Shown one piece after another: positions 28,957 through 37,360 of a DNA stretch of 64,000 bases; position 1 is the stretch's first letter, and every line of letters starts with the position of its first letter. The notes below the pieces were generated by a model. It saw nothing but the letters and a program-made list of their open reading frames with translations. It ran no database searches and had not been told where the DNA came from. The stretch covers positions 9,945 to 73,944 of the forward strand of contig JAYKJE010000037.1 of assembly GCA_035285805.1 (NCBI GenBank), read 5' to 3'. The position numbers and the translations under genes were made by a program. The stretch comes from a bacterium (lineage in GTDB: Bacteria > Cyanobacteriota > Sericytochromatia > S15B-MN24 > UBA4093).

Positions 28957-28990
28957 TAAAAAAAGGAGGCCCCACATGGGTGGAGCCTCC
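28957..28990 (-). terminator. Rho-independent terminator downstream of the repeat lipoprotein gene
   Basis: On the minus-strand transcript: GGAGGCUCCACCCAUGUGGGGCCUCC hairpin followed by U7 (plus-strand A-run 28958-28964). Confidence 0.6.
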
Positions 28991-29015
28991 CGTGAGACGG
29001 ACCGGGGCCGGTCGC

Positions 29016-29291
29016 CTAGTGCGCAGGAGCCTCGCTGGCAGCCTCGGCCGGGGCTTCACTCGCAGCGGCTTCGGCAGGGGCGGCCTCACCAGCAGGAGCG
29101 GCCTCACCAGCAGGAGCGGCCTCACCGGCGGGGGCAGCCTCACCGGCAGGGGCACTTTCGGAAGCAGCCTCGGCAGCGGGGGCCTCGGACGCGGTGGTGC
29201 TGGCGGGCTCCTCGGACTTCTCACCACCCGAGCAGGCGACGAGATTCATGGAAACGGCAACGAGCGAGAGCAGGACCAGACGCTTGAGCAT
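29016..29291 (-). CDS. small secreted lipoprotein with (EAAPAG)5 tandem repeat
   Basis: Signal MLKRLVLLSLVAVSMNLVACSG with lipobox LVAC. Five tandem 18-nt repeats encode EAAPAG. Start chosen at the internal Met. Confidence 0.55.
   Translation of the reverse strand: MLKRLVLLSLVAVSMNLVACSGGEKSEEPASTTASEAPAAEAASESAPAGEAAPAGEAAPAGEAAPAGEAAPAEAAASEAPAEAASEAPAH
29075..29160 (-). repeat. 18-nt tandem repeat x5 (gcctcaccagcaggagcg-like) inside the lipoprotein gene
   Basis: Direct reading: 18-nt unit repeated five times with minor substitutions, so copy number is in-frame variable. Confidence 0.7.
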
Positions 29292-29381
29292 GGGACAGGT
29301 ACTCCTTAAACGGAACGTGGAGGGTGAATACGGCGATGATACCACTGCCGGAAGACCGGGGGGCACGGCCCGTCGCGGAGA

Positions 29382-29663
29382 CTACCCCTGGAGCCGGCGA
29401 ACCAGCCAGCAGCGGTCCTTGTTCTGGTTGTAGTCTTCGAGGATGAAATCCAGTGCGGCCCGCATGATCTCGGATTTGCCAACCTTCATCCGCTGTTCGG
29501 TCCGCAACTTGAGCATCACGACCTCGAGCGAGAGCAGCTGGTCTTCCGAAAAATAGAAGGTCGCCCGCTGGTTGAACGTCTCATCGGCTTCGGGGACCAC
29601 GGGAGTGTCGGTGGCATCCTCAAGACCTGACTGGCTTTTCTTCGTGGTCGGACGTCGTTTCAT
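29382..29663 (-). CDS. small ribbon-helix-helix (CopG/Arc/MetJ-like) DNA-binding protein, in AT-rich islet
   Basis: 93 aa from the Met after ggagaagagg RBS. Predicted beta-strand TFYFSEDQ followed by two helices (LLSLEVVMLKL..KSEIMRAALDFIL) fits the RHH topology. Local GC is clearly below the window average. Confidence 0.45.
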   Translation of the reverse strand: MKRRPTTKKSQSGLEDATDTPVVPEADETFNQRATFYFSEDQLLSLEVVMLKLRTEQRMKVGKSEIMRAALDFILEDYNQNKDRCWLVRRLQG

Positions 29664-29894
29664 GCAGGTGATCCTCTTCTCCTCGGCCCGGAGCCTACCC
29701 GAAGGTTGTTGACGGCGTGATCGTAGCAAGAGCACACGACGACAGCCTGTACCCGCGATCACAACGTCAACATGCATCTTTTACGGGTAGGGTGACGCGG
29801 GTCACCCCGGGATCGACGCGGCGGTGGAATGGTAAGAGTGAAGGTGTCCAGGGTATAGGTGGGACACCGTGGATGACGTCGAGAGGATTGCCAG

Positions 29895-30608
29895 GTGGAC
29901 CGCGTCCGTTTCCGCTCGAGAAGGCTTCTGGTAGCCGCGCTCGTGCTCATGACCTCTGCTTGCGCCGCTTACCAGGTCGGCAACCCGTTCCTGCCGGCGG
30001 CGCGCATTCTCGTGACGGTCTCCCCCCAGGTCGTCGAGAGCAAGATCGAGTATGACCGGTCCAAGTCCCTGTTCGTCTACGAAACCAGGAACGCAGACTT
30101 CACGCTCTCGCCGTATCCCAACGACACCACTCCCGCCGTGCTGTTCACCGACTACGACGTGACCTATCGCAACCAGGACGGTGCCGAGATCAGCTCGTAC
30201 ACGATCCCCAAGCGTCGTCTCGCAGCCACCGTGTTCGTCAACCGATCCGCGGGAGGTGGCGCGGGTGGAGGTGCCGGTGGTGGCGTGGGTGGAGGTGCCG
30301 GTGGTGGCGTCCCAGGTGGTGGCGTGCCCGGCGGGGGTGTCGGCGGGGGTGTCGGCGGGGTCGTGGGAGCGGGGCCCGGTATCTGCACGGTGCCCATCGT
30401 GCCCGAGAGCGTGATCCGCTATGCGATCGACAACGGGTTCGTGACGCTGGGGAACCTGGTCGCGGTGAACCCCGAGAACTGGAGCAGCAACCTCTCGGGC
30501 TTCGTGACCTTCTACGGACGCGACGAGAACCAGTATCCGATCAAGGCCGAGGGGACCTTCACCGTGAACTTCCGGACTGCAGTCATCTCCAGCGGGGGGG
30601 CCAACTGA
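29895..30608 (+). CDS. lipoprotein with Gly-rich low-complexity repeat (GGGAGGG/GGGVPGG)n
   Basis: Signal with lipobox LMTSAC, then a Gly run at ~30245-30360, then a C-terminal beta-rich domain. Stop overlaps the next start (ATGA). Confidence 0.6.
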   Translation: MDRVRFRSRRLLVAALVLMTSACAAYQVGNPFLPAARILVTVSPQVVESKIEYDRSKSLFVYETRNADFTLSPYPNDTTPAVLFTDYDVTYRNQDGAEISSYTIPKRRLAATVFVNRSAGGGAGGGAGGGVGGGAGGGVPGGGVPGGGVGGGVGGVVGAGPGICTVPIVPESVIRYAIDNGFVTLGNLVAVNPENWSSNLSGFVTFYGRDENQYPIKAEGTFTVNFRTAVISSGGAN

Positions 30609-31585
30609 TGGGCCTTCGAAATGTTTCCACGGCCAGGCGCCTCGGGCTCCTGCTCGCCCTCGCATCCGGCACCCTCCTGTCCGCCTGTGACCAGTTCTAT
30701 ACGTTCTTCGGGACGGTTCCTCCCGACTACCGCCCCCCGTTCCCGACCGGAACGATCATCGGCAAGGTCATCGACCGTGGAGGGAAGCCGGTGGACGGGG
30801 CGTCCGTCTCTGACGGTGCGAACGTTTCCTACACGGGACTCGGCGAGACCGTGACTCTCGAAACGGGTTCCACGGGAAACCTGGGGCCGGGGGAATACGT
30901 CCTGACACGGGTTCCCAGCGGGCGCGTCGTCAACCTGAAAGCCAGCTTTGACGGTATCGACTCGCCGACCGTCCAGACACTCATCCAGGCATTCGATCCG
31001 ACCAAACCCGTCAGCACCACGCCGACCTCTCGCAACGCGCCAACCCGTCTCGCCGTCGCGCTGGTGCTTCCCATCGACGCTCCCGAGGACGCCACAGATA
31101 CCCTGGACAGCGACGGGGTGTTCGACTCCGTCAACATGAAGGTCCTGACGAGTATCGAGGTGGCCACGGCCTCCGCTGGGCTGACGTACTCCCCGTCGTC
31201 CGACGTGCGGCTGGCGCTGCATCGACCGCCCGGGGCCTCGAGTTCGCTGACGGTTCGCAGGGTCCAGCTCCAGTATCTCAACGAAAACGACCTGGCACTC
31301 CCGACGAGCGACACGGGTCTCGATTCCAACGTCGTCACCCGGAGCCTCTCGAGTCCGGTGACCTTCCTGCCTGGAACGGCCATCAAGTCGGGCCCCACGG
31401 CGGTCCTGACCGTGCCCGTGGCCCTCTCGACGTCCGCCTTCCGGGACTACCTGACGAACCCATCGGGATCCGGGCGCGCTCGCGTCGAGATCCGCCTCAG
31501 GGTCGGTGATTCGAGCAGCAACGTCCGGGATCGGGCGAACGGCGGGGAGTACCGGGCGATCGTCGATCTGAGATTCAAGCGCTAG
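30608..31585 (+). CDS. lipoprotein with carboxypeptidase-regulatory-like (CarboxypepD_reg) beta-sandwich domain
   Basis: Signal with lipobox LLSAC. GTIIGKVIDRGGKPVDGASVSDG matches the CarboxypepD_reg-like pattern. Confidence 0.6.
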   Translation: MGLRNVSTARRLGLLLALASGTLLSACDQFYTFFGTVPPDYRPPFPTGTIIGKVIDRGGKPVDGASVSDGANVSYTGLGETVTLETGSTGNLGPGEYVLTRVPSGRVVNLKASFDGIDSPTVQTLIQAFDPTKPVSTTPTSRNAPTRLAVALVLPIDAPEDATDTLDSDGVFDSVNMKVLTSIEVATASAGLTYSPSSDVRLALHRPPGASSSLTVRRVQLQYLNENDLALPTSDTGLDSNVVTRSLSSPVTFLPGTAIKSGPTAVLTVPVALSTSAFRDYLTNPSGSGRARVEIRLRVGDSSSNVRDRANGGEYRAIVDLRFKR

Positions 31586-33354
31586 AAGGCCACGACGTTG
31601 TAATCGAAGGTGGCCTGAAAGGGCTGCTGGCCGCGGGGCGGACGCATCGTGACCGCCAGCCCGAGGCAGTTCAACCCGTATTCGATGCGGTAGGCCAGGT
31701 CGCCCAGCATGAAGGGGCTGTCCCCGGTCGTCAGGCTGCTCGGACGCGCCCACCAGGCCATGATACCGGTGGACCAGGGTCCCCACACATGGAGTCGCAG
31801 ATCCGTGAGGACCCTCTCCACGCTGGAGGCCCGGTCGTGGACGAAGGGCGTGCCCGAAACGAGCCCATTTCCCGTGACCGTCACCGGCTGCGATTCGAGC
31901 ATCAGCCGGAACTGGAGCCAGTCCGCCCAGTTCCAGGTGCTCTGCACACCGAGCGAGACGACACTCTGACTGCTTCCCTGCATGGCTGACATCGGCTTCC
32001 CCTGCAGGAGAGTGGCACCGTAAGCCGTTGCCGAGGCACCGCCATAAGGCTGGATCGTCCAGCCACCCGGTGCCTGCCAGGCGGGCATCCCGAGTGCCAG
32101 GCCCCCCTGCAAGAGCAGCGCCCCGTTCCCGATCATCTCCTCGATCAGATAACCGGTGCGCAAGCTCGGCACCAGGCTCCAGCCTTCCGAGGCCAGCCCC
32201 TGCCAGCTGAGCGAGACCTCAGGCAACTTGTGAACGGGAAAACCGCTGGGGTCGACCTGGTACTCGAGGTCGTTCCGACGTCCCAGATCGACCCGGTAGC
32301 CCACGTTCACGCTGGAACGGAGCGGGCCCGTCTCCGCGAGCCAGGCGGCGTTGAGATGCCCCCCTGCGCGCCCGGCATCGACGGAGCCCGAGGCCGGCGT
32401 GAGCCAGGGCCAGTACTGGGTGAAGTTGCCGTCGAGGCGCCATTCCCCCAGGTCGTTCCGTATCGACTCGGCCAGTCCGAGCGCCACCCCGCGCCCCGAC
32501 ATGACCCGGACAGGCAACTGGATGGGGCGCTCGCTCACCTGGAAGGTCATCCGGCCATCCAGCGTGACCCCCTGGACCCCGTTGTAGCCCAGCGAGAGAT
32601 CTCGGGCCTTGAGGGCATCGTTGCCCTGACGGGCACCGTCCCCCACGGTCGCGACCAGATAGGGTAACTTGAGGATGGTGAGACCCGCGACCACCACCGA
32701 GACCCAATCTCCCCGGAAATTCCAGCTTTTCCGGGCGGGGGACCACTCGAACCGATCCCCGGCGAACCAGTAGCCGGGATCCACCTGCAAGCACGGGGAG
32801 ATCCGGGCATCCTCGCTGACCACGAGGTCGGGCGCAAGGTGAAGACGTAGACCGCCCAGCCACACCTGCTTCTCGACGAGGGCCTGCCAGTCCCGGGCAT
32901 CCGCGACGCGGCGTCCGAGGTCGAAGGTCAGGTCGGTGCAGCGCAGGTGGTAGACCCCGCGCTCGAGGGTGACGACGCCCGCGGCTGTGCCGCGGGACTC
33001 GCCTCGGTGGTATTCCAGGCGGTCGGCCGAGAGCACGAACTCTCCGTACCGGGCCTTCACGTGCCCCACGGCCAGGACCACGCCGGACTGCTCGTCCTCC
33101 TCGAGGTGGTCGGCCTCGAGGAGGACCTGGATCTCGTCACGTCCCTCGTCCGGATCCCCCGGCAGGGAGCCGGGAGCCTGCACCAGTGGCAAGAGCCAGG
33201 TCTGAGGCGACTGTACGGAGGGCGATCCCGTCGGGACCGTGGTCGAGGCGGTCGCTGCGCCGGCGAACGCGGCAGGTGGGCAGGTGTCGCAGGCCAGAGC
33301 CGGACGGGCCAGAACCAGCATGGCGAGAACCCATGAGACGCTTCGCGCCGTCAC
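31582..33354 (-). CDS. OstA/LptD-like outer-membrane protein (N-terminal OstA-like domain plus C-terminal beta-barrel-like region)
   Basis: Signal peptide. OstA_N-like beta-jellyroll block (SGVVLAVGHVKARYGEFVLSADRLEYHRGESRGTAAGVVTLERG). Gly/Trp/Tyr-rich alternating C-terminal region ending in aromatic ...YNVVAF. Start overlaps the DUF58 stop. Confidence 0.6.
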   Translation of the reverse strand: MTARSVSWVLAMLVLARPALACDTCPPAAFAGAATASTTVPTGSPSVQSPQTWLLPLVQAPGSLPGDPDEGRDEIQVLLEADHLEEDEQSGVVLAVGHVKARYGEFVLSADRLEYHRGESRGTAAGVVTLERGVYHLRCTDLTFDLGRRVADARDWQALVEKQVWLGGLRLHLAPDLVVSEDARISPCLQVDPGYWFAGDRFEWSPARKSWNFRGDWVSVVVAGLTILKLPYLVATVGDGARQGNDALKARDLSLGYNGVQGVTLDGRMTFQVSERPIQLPVRVMSGRGVALGLAESIRNDLGEWRLDGNFTQYWPWLTPASGSVDAGRAGGHLNAAWLAETGPLRSSVNVGYRVDLGRRNDLEYQVDPSGFPVHKLPEVSLSWQGLASEGWSLVPSLRTGYLIEEMIGNGALLLQGGLALGMPAWQAPGGWTIQPYGGASATAYGATLLQGKPMSAMQGSSQSVVSLGVQSTWNWADWLQFRLMLESQPVTVTGNGLVSGTPFVHDRASSVERVLTDLRLHVWGPWSTGIMAWWARPSSLTTGDSPFMLGDLAYRIEYGLNCLGLAVTMRPPRGQQPFQATFDYNVVAF

Positions 33355-34256
33355 GGCCTGCTCCGCCTCGGCCGCAAGCGCCGACGTGCGCGCTGCTCGA
33401 AAAACCTGCCGAGCACGGGGACGAGAGGGCGATCGGTCTCGAGCACGAGCTGGTCGACCCCGGCCTCCCGGAAAAGCCGGGTCCGGGCCTCGTGATGGCG
33501 GGCCGCCGTCTCCGCGTAGCGGGTTCGCAAGCGAGAGTCATGCGTGTCGATGAGCCGGACGACCCCCGTTTCAGGATCCTGCACCTCCAGCCACCCCACG
33601 TCGGGAAGCTGTCGATCGACGGGATCGAGCAAGGTGACGGCGATGAGGTCCACGTGGGGATGAAACGCCCGGAGAGCCTCGCGGGAGGGTAACTCGAGGA
33701 AGTCGGAGACCAGGAAGACGATCGCGTGCCGGGGGAGCAGGCGATGCAGGAGGCGGACGCTCTCGTCGATGCGGGTCGCCCCCCCCTCCCGACCCTGGAC
33801 GAGCAGATCCCGCAACAGGCGGGTCGCGTGGTTGCGTCCCTTGCCAGGAGGCACGTAGCGATGTCCGCGCGCATCGAAGGTATAGAGTCCCACGCGATCA
33901 TGGTTCTGGACGGCCGAGAAAGCCACGGTGGCACAGAACTCGGCAGCGAGTTCCTGCTTCAGACGCACCCGGGAACCGACCCGCAAGGAAGCCGAGGTAT
34001 CGACGGCCACGACGACGGTGAGTTCCCGTTCCTCGACGAACTGCTTGACGAAGAGCCTGTCGAGGCGGGCCGTGACATTCCAGTCGATCTGCCGGACGTC
34101 GTCACCTTCCTGATACTCGCGCACCTCGTGGAAGTCGATGCCCTGCCCTTTGAAGACGCTGTGCCAGGCCCCTCCGAAGCGCCCCCGGGCCAGCCGGGTC
34201 GACCGGAGCTCCACGCGCCGGATGCGCCGGGCCAGATCGGAGGCCTCTTGCGCCAT
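33351..34256 (-). CDS. DUF58 domain protein (MoxR-associated, vWA-like)
   Basis: DUF58 signature region HEVREYQEGDDVRQIDW. Translationally coupled to the MoxR gene (ATGA overlap). Confidence 0.85.
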   Translation of the reverse strand: MAQEASDLARRIRRVELRSTRLARGRFGGAWHSVFKGQGIDFHEVREYQEGDDVRQIDWNVTARLDRLFVKQFVEERELTVVVAVDTSASLRVGSRVRLKQELAAEFCATVAFSAVQNHDRVGLYTFDARGHRYVPPGKGRNHATRLLRDLLVQGREGGATRIDESVRLLHRLLPRHAIVFLVSDFLELPSREALRAFHPHVDLIAVTLLDPVDRQLPDVGWLEVQDPETGVVRLIDTHDSRLRTRYAETAARHHEARTRLFREAGVDQLVLETDRPLVPVLGRFFEQRARRRLRPRRSRP

Positions 34257-35269
34257 CAGGGAACCTTGACGCCCGCCAGGACCTTCCGGATCACATCCTC
34301 GACCGAGACGTCCTGGGCCTCGGCCTCGTAAGAAAGCAGGATGCGGTGCCGGAGCACGTCCGGGGCGATCGCCTTGACATCCTCGGGTAACACGTAGCTG
34401 CGCTTCCTGAGAAAGGCATGCGCCCGGGCCCCGAGGGTCAGATGGATGCTGGCCCGGGGACTCGCACCGAACGACACGAGCTCTGCCAGGGACTCGAGAC
34501 CATGCTCCCGGGGCGAGCGAGTCGCATGGACGAGGTCGACGACGTAGCGCTTGATCTTGTCGGAGACGTGCACGGCCTCGAGACAGTCGCGGGCCTGAGC
34601 GATCAGGTCGAGATCGCCCAATCGCTGCAACTCGATCCGGCTGGGGCGAGTCATCCGTTCGACGATCTCGAGCTCTTCCTGCCGTGTCGGATACCCGACC
34701 TTGACCTTGAGCATGAAGCGATCGAGCTGAGCCTCGGGCAAGGGATAGGTGCCCTCGTTGTCGATGGGATTCTGGGTGGCGAGAACCAGGAAGGGACGTG
34801 GCAACTCCATGGTCTCGCCCCCGAAGGTGACCTGCCGCTCCTGCATCGCCTCGAGCAGGGCACTCTGGACCTTCGCAGGAGCCCGGTTGATCTCGTCCGC
34901 GAGCAGCAGGTTGGTGAACACCGGACCGCGCTTGGTCTGGAATCGTCCCTTGCGGGCATCGAAGATGGACGTGCCCAGGATATCGGCTGGCAGCAGATCC
35001 GGCGTGAACTGGATCCGCGCGAACTCCGCCTGCAAGACCTGGGCGAGAGTCTGGATGGACAGGGTCTTCGCGAGCCCTGGGACCCCCTCGAGCAGCACGT
35101 GCCCATCCGCCAGCAGGGCCACCAGCAACCGATCCAGCAGGTGCCCCTGGCCCACGATGACGCGTCGCACCTCGGTCAGGAGGAGAGCGAAGCGTTCGGA
35201 GAGCACGCGTACGCGCTCACTGGCCTCCAGGGACGAATCGTCGGCGAGCACTTCAGGATCGAGCGGCAT
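34256..35269 (-). CDS. MoxR-family AAA+ ATPase
   Basis: Walker A GVPGLAKT, Walker B LLADEINRA, MoxR-type C-terminal helical region. Confidence 0.9.
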   Translation of the reverse strand: MPLDPEVLADDSSLEASERVRVLSERFALLLTEVRRVIVGQGHLLDRLLVALLADGHVLLEGVPGLAKTLSIQTLAQVLQAEFARIQFTPDLLPADILGTSIFDARKGRFQTKRGPVFTNLLLADEINRAPAKVQSALLEAMQERQVTFGGETMELPRPFLVLATQNPIDNEGTYPLPEAQLDRFMLKVKVGYPTRQEELEIVERMTRPSRIELQRLGDLDLIAQARDCLEAVHVSDKIKRYVVDLVHATRSPREHGLESLAELVSFGASPRASIHLTLGARAHAFLRKRSYVLPEDVKAIAPDVLRHRILLSYEAEAQDVSVEDVIRKVLAGVKVP

Positions 35270-35416
35270 GCCCTGGAGTCTAGCCCAGTTTCCCCCGCCT
35301 GGACAAGCGTGTCGCGCATTCCACGCAAGTTCAGGGAGTGGATCGTCTATAAAAGGTTAGCGTACAATTAAGAAACGTTTAAACAGTACGCCCCCCCACC
35401 GACCCAGGAGGTCCCG

Positions 35417-36910
35417 ATGAAGCGGCTCTCATCCGCCCTGCGCACGTCCCTGTCTCTCGGGCTCACGCTCGTGACGCTCGCCGGTTGCGGCATGGTGAGT
35501 CCCGCGCGCACCCTGTCCTACTCGGCCACCGAGGTTTCGCGCGCCAGGGCCCGACTGGAGGCCTCGCCCACGGGACTGGTTCCCGTGATCCTGTACGAAA
35601 AGGATCCGCGCAAGCTGGGCGACCTGGTCTCGGCAGGTCTGGATGTCTGGGGCACCGACGGGACCCGGGTCAAGGGCGCCATGACCCGTGAAGCGCTCGC
35701 CAGGGTCGAGGCGATGCGCCTGCGGATCGAGAACCTGCCCGAAACCCAGAACAACTTCGACAAGGGCTACAAGACCGTCGCCCAGATGGAAGCGGATCTG
35801 CGCGACCTCGCCACCCGTTTCCCCCAGCTCGCCCGTCTCGAAGATTTCGGTGACTCGTGGCTGAAGCGACAGGGCAAGGGCGGTCATGACCTCTGGGTCC
35901 TGAAGATCGGGAAGGGCGACCTCGCGACCAAGCCGGCCGTCATCTACATGGGCAACCACCATGCCCGCGAACTCGTCACTCCCGAGGTCGTGCTGAACCT
36001 CGCCCACCTGCTGCTCGAGAAGTACGGTCAGGATCCCGAGATCACCAGCTACGTGGACAACCGTGCCATCTACCTGGTGCCGACGGTGAACCCGGACGGT
36101 CACCTGCTGGCCGAGAAGGGTGCCGACCAGCGCAAGAACGTCAACAACGTCACCGGCGGCAAGCGGCGGATCGGGGTCGATCTCAACCGGAACTACGGCT
36201 TCAAGTGGGGGCTCCCCGGTGCGAGCGACGCGCCTGAAGCCGACACGTTCCGGGGTACCGAAGCCTTCTCGGAGCCCGAGACCCAGGCCATCCGCGATCT
36301 CGTCGCGAGCCGGAAGTTCACCTTCCTGATGACCTACCACTCGTTCAGCAACCTGATCCTCTGGCCGTGGGGCCACACGGCGGACGAGCCGCGCGACCCC
36401 CGTCTGGCGGCGATCGGTCGCAAGCTGGCCACGTTCAACAAGTACACCCCCCAGCAGTCGAAGGACCTGTACTTCACCTCGGGGGACACCACCGACTGGG
36501 CCTTCGGCACCTTCGGTACGCTGTCCTACACCACCGAGATCGGCTCCTGGGGCGACAACTTCGATCCCCCCTTCTCGCGGATGGGCAAGTTCTGGGATGA
36601 GAACCGCCCGGGTGCGCTTTACCTGCTCAAGGTCGCGGACGAGCCTGCTGCCGTCTTCGGACCCGAGGTGCGCTCGGTTCAGGCCCGCGACGGGCAACTC
36701 GAGGTCCAGGTCCCGACGGGCGTGCAGCGGGTGGAAGCCTTCACCGGCCGTCTCGGCCAGCCTGGCACCGGTCTCGCCGTGTCGGTCGAGGGGCAGATGG
36801 CTCGTCTCTCCTTGCCGCCTTCGGCCCTCTCGGGTCGCCAGGTGGTGCAGGTCCGGGCTCAGGGGCAGGACGGTCGCTGGGGCGCCCCCGTGGCGGTCTG
36901 GAACCGGTAA
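35417..36910 (+). CDS. M14 family zinc carboxypeptidase, lipoprotein
   Basis: Zinc ligands in GNHHARELVTPE (HxxE) and downstream His. Lipobox LAGC. Strong aggagg RBS 5 nt before the ATG; AT-rich promoter-like region 35345-35370 (TATAAA/TACAAT). Confidence 0.85.
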   Translation: MKRLSSALRTSLSLGLTLVTLAGCGMVSPARTLSYSATEVSRARARLEASPTGLVPVILYEKDPRKLGDLVSAGLDVWGTDGTRVKGAMTREALARVEAMRLRIENLPETQNNFDKGYKTVAQMEADLRDLATRFPQLARLEDFGDSWLKRQGKGGHDLWVLKIGKGDLATKPAVIYMGNHHARELVTPEVVLNLAHLLLEKYGQDPEITSYVDNRAIYLVPTVNPDGHLLAEKGADQRKNVNNVTGGKRRIGVDLNRNYGFKWGLPGASDAPEADTFRGTEAFSEPETQAIRDLVASRKFTFLMTYHSFSNLILWPWGHTADEPRDPRLAAIGRKLATFNKYTPQQSKDLYFTSGDTTDWAFGTFGTLSYTTEIGSWGDNFDPPFSRMGKFWDENRPGALYLLKVADEPAAVFGPEVRSVQARDGQLEVQVPTGVQRVEAFTGRLGQPGTGLAVSVEGQMARLSLPPSALSGRQVVQVRAQGQDGRWGAPVAVWNR

Positions 36911-36934
36911 CCCTGACCGGCACCCGTTTCTCCT

Positions 36935-36967
36935 GAGGCGCCGGCATGACCGGCGCCTCATCTTTTC
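36935..36967 (+). terminator. Rho-independent terminator after the M14 carboxypeptidase gene
   Basis: GAGGCGCCGG-CATGA-CCGGCGCCTC 10-bp perfect stem followed by ATCTTTTCC. Confidence 0.6.
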
Positions 36968-37083
36968 CGGGGCGATCGGCCTCGACCGGGCAAAAGCATG
37001 ATCAGGGTCACAGCCCGGGTTTGACGGTTCGCATACACTGGAACGTAACGAATCCCAAGACATGCCCGGGGAGGGGCAAGATG

Positions 37084-37209
37084 CTCGAGACGTCCGTCCG
37101 GATCCGCCTGGAAGAGGCCCACCACGAAGGTGACTCGCTGGTCGCGATCGCCCGGGCTTACCTGGAATATGCGGCGCGCCTGCAGCGCGAACAGGCCTCC
37201 ATCGTCTGA
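37084..37209 (+). CDS. candidate 42-aa small protein (MLETSVRIRLEEAHHEGDSLVAIARAYLEYAARLQREQASIV)
   Basis: ggggagg RBS 6 nt upstream of ATG. A TTGACG-N18-TAACGA promoter-like element at 37021-37050. Lies between a terminator and an AT-rich promoter region. Confidence 0.25.
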   Translation, partial: LETSVRIRLEEAHHEGDSLVAIARAYLEYAARLQREQASIV

Positions 37210-37360
37210 CGGGCTGTCCTGCCTGCGCACCGGCGATATCTACACACACAATTAACGGTTCAGCAATTCATTTTTCACGGCTTCCTGCACGAGTAACGGG
37301 TCTTTATCAGGAATAAAGATCTCGTGGCCCAGCGACTCCACCCGGGCCTTGGAGGATGCC

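Noticed and set aside
35429-37249. 606-aa minus-strand ORF antisense to M14 carboxypeptidase
   Set aside because: Artefactual composition. The plus strand has a lipobox, HxxE zinc motif and aggagg RBS.
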